Source: Arenicellales bacterium
GTDB lineage: Bacteria; Pseudomonadota; Gammaproteobacteria; Arenicellales; Poriferihabitantaceae
Length of the DNA stretch: 64,000 nucleotides
Direction of reading: 5' to 3'
NCBI GenBank assembly: GCA_965200715.1
Contig: OZ241374.1
Span: 2,917,031 to 2,981,030, forward strand
The notes beneath the pieces are model-generated. The model did not search any database and had not been told where the DNA came from. It worked only from the letters and a program-made list of their open reading frames with translations. Shown here in pieces: positions 17,336 through 25,149 of the stretch (position 1 is its first letter; each line of letters opens with the position of its first letter). The position numbers and the translations under genes were made by a program.

Positions 17336-18556
17336 ATGAAACCGAAATGCTCAATAGCGATCCTGTTGACCACAATGCTAGCCTTAACAGGTTGCGGGGG
17401 TGGCGGATCGGGCAATGCTGAGCCAGGCAATGAAGCAGCACCACTAGCAAGCGTTTCCAGTACCGGAATACACCACTACGGCATTGATTCGGATGCCCGC
17501 CGGGACTACCGGCGATCCATGTATGATGACTGCGTAGCAGAGAGAGGCCGGTCGCGCTGTTCCCTATCCGGTCGTGGATGGTTTTACCGCTGGAACCAAT
17601 TGCCGAAAGTACATATTTCCTCAAACACTACACAGGAGGGAATATGGGCAATTCGGAGGACAATCGGCATCCTCAACCGTTCTCTACCTGAGGAATACCG
17701 GCTTAGTTACGAAACAACCAACCGGACATTTTCTGGTGTGGATAGGGATGACAGGACATCCCGTGTCGAGTCTCTTGTGCCGAGGGGCGTGATTCATGCG
17801 GAGATCTACCCCTATGATGACCCAGAGTTTAGCGGATGGGCTTGGACCGATGGCGAACGGGGCTATGCCCTTGGCGATGAGACCGATCTTGACCTATCCG
17901 ATCCCTTGGACATGTCCTTTGCGGTGGAGACCATGGCACATGAGTTCCTGCATGCTCTCGGGCTGGTCGCACACCCACAGGAAATCCACACGTCCATCAT
18001 GTCCTATCGCTATCACTCTGAAGGAGAAATTGAGAGAGTGCCGCTGATTGATGTTGCCATGCTCCATGACCTATACGGCTGGGGATTCTGGGATGGGGAA
18101 ATGAAAAGGGTTACCGAGCATGAGGGTGGAGTGCATTTCGGGGTAGATAACCTGCATCGAGGGACTGCCGTCATTCCATGGGTGGATGCAAGATACCTAG
18201 CGGCTCCAAGACCGAATGAATTATCAGATAGTGCATCATACGATGGAACCTTAGTCGGATATGCTACGAATGGAACTGCCCTATATGGTGACTCAGATCT
18301 CAGCATTAACTTTAATCGAGGAACGGGAGTGGCCCGTTTTCACCGGATTACAGACTGGGATGGCAATTCTTGGAATCGAAGTGGCTATCGCTATGATCTC
18401 AGTCTATATGGCCATTACTTCGATTCGACCATAGATTCACAGGATCAAGATGGTATTCTAGATGTGGTCGGGGCGTTCTATGGGTTTGAGGCAGAAACCG
18501 CAGCAGGTACACTTCAAAGACCGGAGATTACCGCCGCTTTTGGTGCGGTTAAGTAA
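17336..18556 (+). CDS. Zinc-metalloprotease lipoprotein (metzincin/serralysin-like) with TbpB-like C-terminal barrel
   Basis: 406 aa. Lipobox LALTGCGGGGS, HEFLHALGLVAHPQEIHTSIMSY (HExxH..G...H plus an SxMSY Met-turn), C-terminal ASYDGTLVGYA..DLSINFN..GVARF..VVGAFYG..AAFGAVK. Confidence 0.85.
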   Translation: MKPKCSIAILLTTMLALTGCGGGGSGNAEPGNEAAPLASVSSTGIHHYGIDSDARRDYRRSMYDDCVAERGRSRCSLSGRGWFYRWNQLPKVHISSNTTQEGIWAIRRTIGILNRSLPEEYRLSYETTNRTFSGVDRDDRTSRVESLVPRGVIHAEIYPYDDPEFSGWAWTDGERGYALGDETDLDLSDPLDMSFAVETMAHEFLHALGLVAHPQEIHTSIMSYRYHSEGEIERVPLIDVAMLHDLYGWGFWDGEMKRVTEHEGGVHFGVDNLHRGTAVIPWVDARYLAAPRPNELSDSASYDGTLVGYATNGTALYGDSDLSINFNRGTGVARFHRITDWDGNSWNRSGYRYDLSLYGHYFDSTIDSQDQDGILDVVGAFYGFEAETAAGTLQRPEITAAFGAVK

Positions 18557-18655
18557 GGATTCGTTTTTTCCGTTTTCGACTCAGTTGTAATCCAGCTCTT
18601 CGGTTCTTTGCAACGATCCTGAAACGCTTGTTTAGCGGTTTGGAATAGGCTGGTT

Positions 18656-18817
18656 TTAACTCCCTTTTTCAATGTTTGGATAATCCAAATAGCAAACCGC
18701 AATCTTGGCCCTTATGCTGGCTTGTAGCGTTTGCGGTGATTTCTTTTCGGCTATACCCTGTAAGTAACTTTGCAAATCAATCAAGGCTTCCTTTTTCGTT
18801 TCATGCTCATCTGCCAT
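18656..18817 (-). CDS. Small hypothetical protein (53 aa), paralog of 61638..61799
   Basis: My translation: MADEHETKKEALIDLQSYLQGIAEKKSPQTLQASIRAKIAVCYLDYPNIEKGS. It falls below the ORF-track length cut-off. A partial third copy lies at about 6890-7010. Confidence 0.45.
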   Translation of the reverse strand: MADEHETKKEALIDLQSYLQGIAEKKSPQTLQASIRAKIAVCYLDYPNIEKGS

Positions 18818-18879
18818 GCTGGTTTACCTCATAGGGCGTGAAGTTCCGTTTAGCGGCGTGGTTATTGGTTAGGGTATTA

Positions 18880-19113
18880 TTATGAGGAATCAAGCCTATT
18901 TCTTATACTTTCTAGTAATCCATTTGTTTTATACATGTTTCTATTCAAATCGCAAATTAGCGTGTCAAGCAAATTGCCTATATCATCCAACTTGTGTATC
19001 AATAAAAGGGTTGGTATATCATTGTTAAGCTCAGATAACGGCACTTCGAGTTCATGATCCTTTTTTCCAAGATTTATTGTTACTTTAACTTTTTCTGGTT
19101 CCATTTTTCGCAT
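18880..19113 (-). CDS. Small hypothetical protein
   Basis: 77-aa ORF downstream of the 19162..20971 terminator. AT-rich. No domain. Confidence 0.35.
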   Translation of the reverse strand: MRKMEPEKVKVTINLGKKDHELEVPLSELNNDIPTLLLIHKLDDIGNLLDTLICDLNRNMYKTNGLLESIRNRLDSS

Positions 19114-19125
19114 CTCAAAAGGAAA

Positions 19126-19146
19126 CCGGGGGTTGTCACGCCCCGG
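19126..19146 (-). terminator. Terminator hairpin (conserved family, weak T-tract)
   Basis: CCGGGGCGTGACAACCCCCGG on the minus strand, 16 nt after the stop at 19162. Confidence 0.6.
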
Positions 19147-19161
19147 TATATTGATTGTTAA

Positions 19162-20971
19162 TTATGGTTGCTCAACGGCTCCGAATGCGCCGCGATGTCG
19201 TATGTAGGTAAATCCTTCAGGATCAGGATCGGCTGTACTATCATTTTCGGTGGCGGTATTGAGGGTTGTATCAGTGCCATTTGGCTGATAGTCAAAATCA
19301 CCGACAATCCATCGCCCTTGATGTACAAACCTTGCGTTCCAGTCACCAGAATCTTCACTTTGACCATTGTTTATATTGCCAGAGGCCATATAGTTACTGA
19401 TAGCACCTTCCTCAAAGGCTATGGTGTCAGTTGGAATCGGATCATCGTGCCTTCCTCTACTTATGCTTCCGTTAAGAGTATTGTTATCAAAATCAGCAGT
19501 CAATGTTATCTCTCCAATCCAAGGTAAATATTGAGGATCATATACAGGATTTGTGATATCTCCGTCACTTTCTGTAATACCCACAACATCACCTCTATAG
19601 CTTGCCGTTCCAGTTTTCGCACCGAGATACTCCCTTCCGGTTGCGGGTGCGGGGTCATTACCACCAATAGCCGCACCCCCCTCAATAAGTACAGGAACGG
19701 AATCGGTATTGCCAACTATTATCCCACTATCCGAAACCCAGGCCCCAAAACCCATGCGGTCATCGTCATCAAAATCGTTGGCAGCATCATCTTTTGACTT
19801 GCCATATACGGCTATGGCGTATATATTATTACCAGTGTTCTCCGCTCCTCTACCCGGTGCTACAGAAGTCTCGCTAGTTACGCTAATCCAGCCGTGAGTA
19901 TCAACTACCGTAACTTCATGACTTGCACCGCCAAGACCAGAGGATATGTCGATTGTCCATCGGCCCATAGTACCATCACCATTATCGAAAGTAGCATCAT
20001 ACTCAATCTCGGTTGTAGGTCGGTCTGCTAGCACTTCGGGCTGTTCTGGCATCCCAGGAACGTTAGCCCTTATCGCATCGAGACGGGCGGTATAACTCAA
20101 AATAGTACCATCTCCGACCAGCAATTCGTGAGCTTCGGTGTTATCCACACCATCCGCCATGAGTGCTGTTAGTAGCGCTGCATGAAATTCTTCAATATCC
20201 GTAATATCAGTAGTCATGGGAGTTGCTCCTGACTGTTCCTGAACTTCCAGCGCAGTTTTCAGATTCATAACCGCGGTGTTCAATGTCATCTGAGGTGGAA
20301 ACGCAAGCCTTATCGCAGCGAGACGCTGGACATAAGTCATACTAGCCGGAGTACCCGCATCAGCAGCAGTATCTCCGTTCAGCAGATTTTGGGCGGTAGT
20401 ATGCTCTGGGCTACTATCTACACCAGTATCCAGATTGCCTAAGAGGTTTCGTAACATTGTACGTGCAGATACAATGTCCCCAATTTCCTTAGCTGTTGGA
20501 ATTCCATCTTCACCTTCGTCCAATGCCGTCATGAGTGCTGCGGCTGCTTTTCCCAGATCCGCCGCGCTCGTTTTAGCTGGAGGCGGTGGTGGCGGTGGTG
20601 GAGGCCCACCATTACTAGCGACCACCTGATTATCCTCACCCTTTATCTTCTCGAGGCGGCCTTCATACCCATTCAATAGCATGGTGATCTGATCGGTTTT
20701 GGTATCTACTCCGTCCGCCGCATCCTCGATGGCCTTGTCAAGTTCCCCTTTCGCTGTTTCAATGTCCGCAATCTGCTCAGACGTGGGGGTTGTTGCAGCT
20801 TCGGCCTTCTTCAATGCGGTATCTAGTTTCATGACCGCATCATCCAACTTCGTTTGGGCGGCTTGCCTAACTGATTCAGTATCGTCAAGGGTGCCGCCCC
20901 CCCCCCCCTCCGCAACCTGCCAGGGCTAACATGGCCGCCAGTAGTGCGGTTATCAAAATATTCTGTTTCAT
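19162..20971 (-). CDS. Surface lipoprotein with TbpB-like C-terminus; out of frame at a poly-G tract (putative phase-OFF)
   Basis: ATG at 20971 gives MKQNILITALLAAMLALAGCGGGGG, then 12 G put the reading frame into a TGA. The 561-aa body (19162..20847) is in the frame that 11 or 14 G would restore. C-terminus GTASYRGDVVGITE..LTADFDNNTLNGSI..GDWNARF..RHRGAFGAVE. Confidence 0.8.
20897..20908. repeat. Homopolymeric tract, 12 C on plus (12 G in the gene sense)
   Basis: Counted directly: gccg + cccccccccccc + tccgc. It lies 3 codons after the lipobox Cys. Confidence 0.95.
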
Positions 20972-21047
20972 TATTGATTCCCCCTTAAAGGTTCTAGGAA
21001 TGCCCAGCTTTTCATGCTGGTTCCGGTTTCAAACTGATAGAAAAAAA

Positions 21048-21067
21048 CCGGGGTTGTTACGCCCCGG
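21048..21067 (-). terminator. Rho-independent terminator (conserved family)
   Basis: Minus strand: ACCGGGGCGTAACAACCCCGG followed by T7, 17 nt after the stop at 21084. Confidence 0.85.
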
Positions 21068-21083
21068 TTTGTGTTAAGCGTTA

Positions 21084-22439
21084 TTACTTGGTAGCTCCGA
21101 ATGCGCCGATTATTTCGGCTCGGTTGTTGGTTATATCGAATTGACCGGTTACATGGTTTGGAACTTGATCATCACCTACATCATGAAAATGAACATTACC
21201 CCAAGTTCCAGATTCTGGATCGTTATCGCCTATTTTCCATTCGGCAATGGCAGTTATACCGTCATAATTAGTTAAAGCACTTATGTTTTGTGTGCCGCCA
21301 CTACCATCAGATTCTGTAGAGGTTAATGAGATGGACCAACCCGCTTTTTCCTTGCCATCAACCATGAATTTGTCAATCGTGCCTTTTAGCGTATTCACAG
21401 TAGCATCGAAATCAGCCGTAAGCTTCGCATTGGCAGTGAAATGACCGGATTCATGCGCCTTTGGTACTTCACTGTATATGGCATACTTGCCCGCCGCTCC
21501 GCCTTCGTAGGTTGCTGTTCCGGTAGTAGCTGCTACTTCGCTAAATCTCCTTGCATCAGCATCAGCAGCAGCAGTTCCAGTAGTTCCAGAAAATACGTTT
21601 ACTTGGTATTTATCACCAGTTGCACCCGTATCAAGCCACCATCCGTAATAGGCATATACATTTTTCGGATCGGTTACTTTGCTATCTGCTGAAGTGGGGG
21701 TAAACGTCCAAGTCCCAGTCAACGCTCTTTTTTCATCGGCATGTTTTGTAATAAAGCAGGTGCTGACAGTGCCTGTACAATCATATTTGCCCGAAACACC
21801 ATAATATGACCCTTGAATAGTAAATCCACCACGTATCAAATCTGCTGCTTTGAAAGCATGCCTGCCTGAAGTGCCGGTTATACTGGGAATGACTATCCGG
21901 TCTGTTGGAGCGGCACCAGAAAAATCAAAACTAAGGACGCTACCAGCCGCAACTCCTGTTACCCCGGGGTCTTCAGTTCTTGCGGAAAAATCAGTAGGAA
22001 ATTCTGTACTAAACTTCATTCCTTCCCCTTTTGCATTGGCCCGCCAGTAGACGCGCGCTTCCTTCTTGTCCTTTTTGAAATAGCCGCCAGTCCATCCGTT
22101 GTTAGCTGATACGCTATCGGTTGTTTTGGCCAAGTCATCAGTACCTTGTTCAACCTTTGTTCCATCAAATGTAATCGTGCTAGGTGCAGGTGTACCAATC
22201 GCAGCGTGCAGTTTCTTGGCCATGGTCTCGGCATCCTTACCTTGTTCTTTGGCTAAATCATCTTGCGCTTTTTCTAGATCTTCCTTAAGTTCCTTATTCT
22301 CATCTTCAAGCTCACTAATCTTTTCTTTGTCTGGATCAGTCGGCGGATCCTGCTGCACCGTGCTGCTGCTCCCGCCCCCGCAACCTGCGAGTGCCAGCAT
22401 ACCGGCTAATAGGGCCGCTATGTATATTTTCTGTTTCAT
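21084..22439 (-). CDS. Surface lipoprotein with TbpB-like C-terminal barrel
   Basis: 451 aa. MKQKIYIAALLAGMLALAGCGGGSS, SYYGVSGKYDCTG..WTFTP..YYGWWL handle-like motif, GTATYEGGAAGKYA..GHFTANAKLTADF..LKGTIDKF..GTWGNVHF..AEIIGAFGATK. Confidence 0.85.
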   Translation of the reverse strand: MKQKIYIAALLAGMLALAGCGGGSSSTVQQDPPTDPDKEKISELEDENKELKEDLEKAQDDLAKEQGKDAETMAKKLHAAIGTPAPSTITFDGTKVEQGTDDLAKTTDSVSANNGWTGGYFKKDKKEARVYWRANAKGEGMKFSTEFPTDFSARTEDPGVTGVAAGSVLSFDFSGAAPTDRIVIPSITGTSGRHAFKAADLIRGGFTIQGSYYGVSGKYDCTGTVSTCFITKHADEKRALTGTWTFTPTSADSKVTDPKNVYAYYGWWLDTGATGDKYQVNVFSGTTGTAAADADARRFSEVAATTGTATYEGGAAGKYAIYSEVPKAHESGHFTANAKLTADFDATVNTLKGTIDKFMVDGKEKAGWSISLTSTESDGSGGTQNISALTNYDGITAIAEWKIGDNDPESGTWGNVHFHDVGDDQVPNHVTGQFDITNNRAEIIGAFGATK

Positions 22440-22468
22440 TGTTTATTTCCTCTTAAATTGAATCAGGC

Positions 22469-23383
22469 TTAGAAGATGTACCGAAGTCCGATACGGTGGA
22501 TTGCCTCGTAGCTTTCCCTGAGTGCTGCATCATCGTCATCGTCGTTGACCTGTCCTTCATACCAGATTGCTAGGCCGCCGCCCATGTTGTGGAATACACC
22601 GAATGTGGTTGCGGTTGGAGTAGCCTCTCCTCCATCGTCTTCTTGGCCGTAACCAAAATGAACGGAAGTACCATCGGCAACATCTGCACCTAACCACAAA
22701 GTGGTGTAGTCAGTATCGCTAGTAGTTTTGCCCGCCGCATCGGTTTTTTCATTGTTTGTCCATCCCAGAGCACCCCAGAATTGGCCCAGACTAACCTTTC
22801 CAGAAACACCAATCCAATCGCTATCTTTGCTTTCATGCTCGGACATTTCAGCAGCAAATCCTAGTTCAATGTTGTCCGTCAATGACGCTTTGAGGCCAAT
22901 CGCTCCACCATTGCCTGCTGGACCCTGGATATCTGTATCGCTATCGTTGGCTTTCAGGTCAACTTGCAAACTCAAAGGACCAACAGCATTTGCGTACTTT
23001 ATTGTGTTGGAATGCCTAGCTCCGGTAGTTCCACCGATTCCGCCTTCCCAGATGCTCTGATCCATGTGCAACGATCCCTTGAACGCTGCTCCCTGACTCC
23101 CGATCGTAACCTTGCCGAAGCCGCCGGAAAGCCCGACAAAACCAAGACGGGTTGTGTTCTTTCCTGTGGACTGATCGGCAGCAACCTGAATTTCAAGTTG
23201 AGCGTGCCCAACCAGACCGTTTCCAAGATCGCTATTGGCCTTGAATCCAAACCGTGAGCCAAGACTGTCTACATCAACTGTTGACTCTTTGTCACCTTCA
23301 TAGCTCTTGCTAACTAGCGCATTATGAACATGACCGTAAACCGTCAGTTCGCTTTCCGCTTGTACACCAAGCGGGATCATCAC
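22469..23383 (-). CDS. Gram-negative porin family beta-barrel; 5' start unresolved
   Basis: LTVYGHVHNALV, GSRFGFKANSDLGNGLVGHAQLE, NTIKYANAVGPLSLQVDLKA, C-terminal IGLRYIF. Confidence 0.85.
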   Translation of the reverse strand: MMIPLGVQAESELTVYGHVHNALVSKSYEGDKESTVDVDSLGSRFGFKANSDLGNGLVGHAQLEIQVAADQSTGKNTTRLGFVGLSGGFGKVTIGSQGAAFKGSLHMDQSIWEGGIGGTTGARHSNTIKYANAVGPLSLQVDLKANDSDTDIQGPAGNGGAIGLKASLTDNIELGFAAEMSEHESKDSDWIGVSGKVSLGQFWGALGWTNNEKTDAAGKTTSDTDYTTLWLGADVADGTSVHFGYGQEDDGGEATPTATTFGVFHNMGGGLAIWYEGQVNDDDDDAALRESYEAIHRIGLRYIF

Positions 23384-23387
23384 CGCG

Positions 23388-23413
23388 GCAGAAACGACCT
23401 CTGCAACTAATGA
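23388..23413. repeat. Invariant 26-nt porin 5' element (reverse orientation)
   Basis: CATCACCGCGGCAGAAACGACCTCTG. Confidence 0.9.
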
Positions 23414-23850
23414 TCTAACCCAATAACCGCGAGAAAAGTCCCATAGGATTTACGAATTGAGTTAGTGGGTGAGTGCGAGGAATTGGGAATATGTGTTCAG
23501 GCAAGCGACTTGAATGAACTTTGATCAGTGTTTGAGGAAGTAATGATATTTCGTAATAGTCGATTTAGTTGAAGATATGGAACTTGATGAATTTATAGCC
23601 ACTAAAGGCAACATTAGGTAACCAATTATTCCGTGGGAATTGAAGGTGAGGTTTAATTCAAGTGATAGAAAGTGTTTGCATAAAGAACTTCGCAACAGAC
23701 GTTACTACTTAAAATCAAAGTAACGATCGAAAGGTATAGGATAAAAGGAAGATTGACAATCTTTACCAGTTAGCTTGGCGGCACCACTCAATTTGTTATA
23801 AGAGTGCTTGAGAAAATCATGATTTTCTATTCACGTATATATGCAAAAAA

Positions 23851-24264
23851 CTAATCCTTTCTGTTTGCAATCCTTAGGATCATATTCAGTAGTGGATATA
23901 TTTCAGCTAGTTTCCACGAAGTTTCCTCCACATCTTTGCCTTTTCCCGATTTTCCGAATGCTCCAGCAAGCACAAATACGGTTATTACCGTAAATGAAAG
24001 TATCGTGGATACTGCAAGAAGAACGTTCATTCCTGTATCAAAATTCACATCCGCACAGACCAGCGTATAAACGGAAAGACCAAAACTTGCAATCATTGCT
24101 AAAGATCCCACCAAAAAACCAGACCATCTAATCCTGCTGTGATGCCGTTCAATCCCCTTTAACGTCTGCTCCCCTGATTCTTGATCAAGGTCTTCGGGAT
24201 CAGGATCAGGCAGCGGCAATTTCCCTTCTTCTTTCACGGTTCCTGAATCTTCTGATTTTTCCAC
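23851..24264 (-). CDS. Small membrane protein (2-3 predicted TM helices), candidate toxin partner of the Panacea-domain gene
   Basis: 137-aa ORF with an acidic N-terminus. Hydrophobic stretches are WSGFLVGSLAMIASFGLSVYTLV and MNVLLAVSTILSFTVITVFVLAGAF. It overlaps the 3' end of 24206..24700, so a later Met start is possible. Confidence 0.5.
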   Translation of the reverse strand: MEKSEDSGTVKEEGKLPLPDPDPEDLDQESGEQTLKGIERHHSRIRWSGFLVGSLAMIASFGLSVYTLVCADVNFDTGMNVLLAVSTILSFTVITVFVLAGAFGKSGKGKDVEETSWKLAEIYPLLNMILRIANRKD

Positions 24265-24700
24265 TGAAATGCTCTTCTATCAGTTCGTTTGGAATGATTA
24301 TGCCATGTATCCCTGGCTTATAGCATGTATGCCAAGGGCCTCCTTCAATATGCGTTAGCCTAGAAAGCCGAGCATCATTCATATTTTCATAGGTAATGTG
24401 AACCCTTCGAATTAATATGTGAACATAATCTTCTGTTTCAGGCTCATGTGGAAGTTCTATCCTTGGCAGATTGTATATTCCATGAGGCCTGAATGAAAAA
24501 TATATCGATGGAATGACAGGACCATATCTCCATGCCTGCACATAGTCATTTACAAGAGGTTCCTTATGCAAAGCCAGATTCCATCCGTGCGCCATGTATG
24601 CAAGCTTTAGAAGTCTCATAATAGAAACTTCTCGCCCCATTTCATTTGCCGTATCTATTATAACATTGGCAACATGACGACTGTCGTAGGGATTGGACAT
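24206..24700 (-). CDS. Panacea (DUF4065/SocA-like) domain protein, putative antitoxin
   Basis: SIMRLLKLAYMAHGWNLALHKEPLVNDYVQAWRYGPVIPSIY matches the KLxKLLYxAxGWxLA...AWxYGPVxPxxY core of DUF4065. I trimmed the start to MSNPYD (ATG at 24700); the ORF-track ORF extends to 24874. Confidence 0.65.
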   Translation of the reverse strand: MSNPYDSRHVANVIIDTANEMGREVSIMRLLKLAYMAHGWNLALHKEPLVNDYVQAWRYGPVIPSIYFSFRPHGIYNLPRIELPHEPETEDYVHILIRRVHITYENMNDARLSRLTHIEGGPWHTCYKPGIHGIIIPNELIEEHFSGKIRRFRNRERRREIAAA

Positions 24701-25049
24701 GATACAGTAACACTTGCGTTGCGAATCGACTTGCGTAACGAGTCTATCATATGTTATTTTCACTCGCAAACTTTTTCGCAAACAGCAAAAACGGGTGTAC
24801 GATATTTTTTTGAGAAAGTCATAATTTTTGTTGATACAGTTCCTGCCAACCTTGTAGCTCCCAAAAGTTGTCAAGGTGATTACTTTGGACAGTCTATTGC
24901 ATGCTACCCAGTTTGAGTTGGTTGCCTATGAGCGATTGCATGTGCCCTCAAGGATTCCGAATGGCACCTAAATCCCCTATGTTCTGAACTCTGAGTAGTT
25001 CATACTAATATCCACCATTCTAGGACTTGCCTTCGTACAAGACAAGTTA

Positions 25050-25149
25050 TGTCTCTTCAGTCTAAATCCTGTTATCAGGTTCTTTAGTTCCACATCTTTA
25101 CCCGGCTCTGCAATCCGATAACTTAACATCCTTCAAATCCCTCTTGTGG
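25050..25149. repeat. X flank module, inverted, abutting porin element
   Basis: The reverse complement reads CAAGAGGGATTTGAAGGATGTTAAG...GATGTGGAACTAAAGAACCTGATAACAGGATTTAG, homologous to 13701-13815. Confidence 0.7.
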
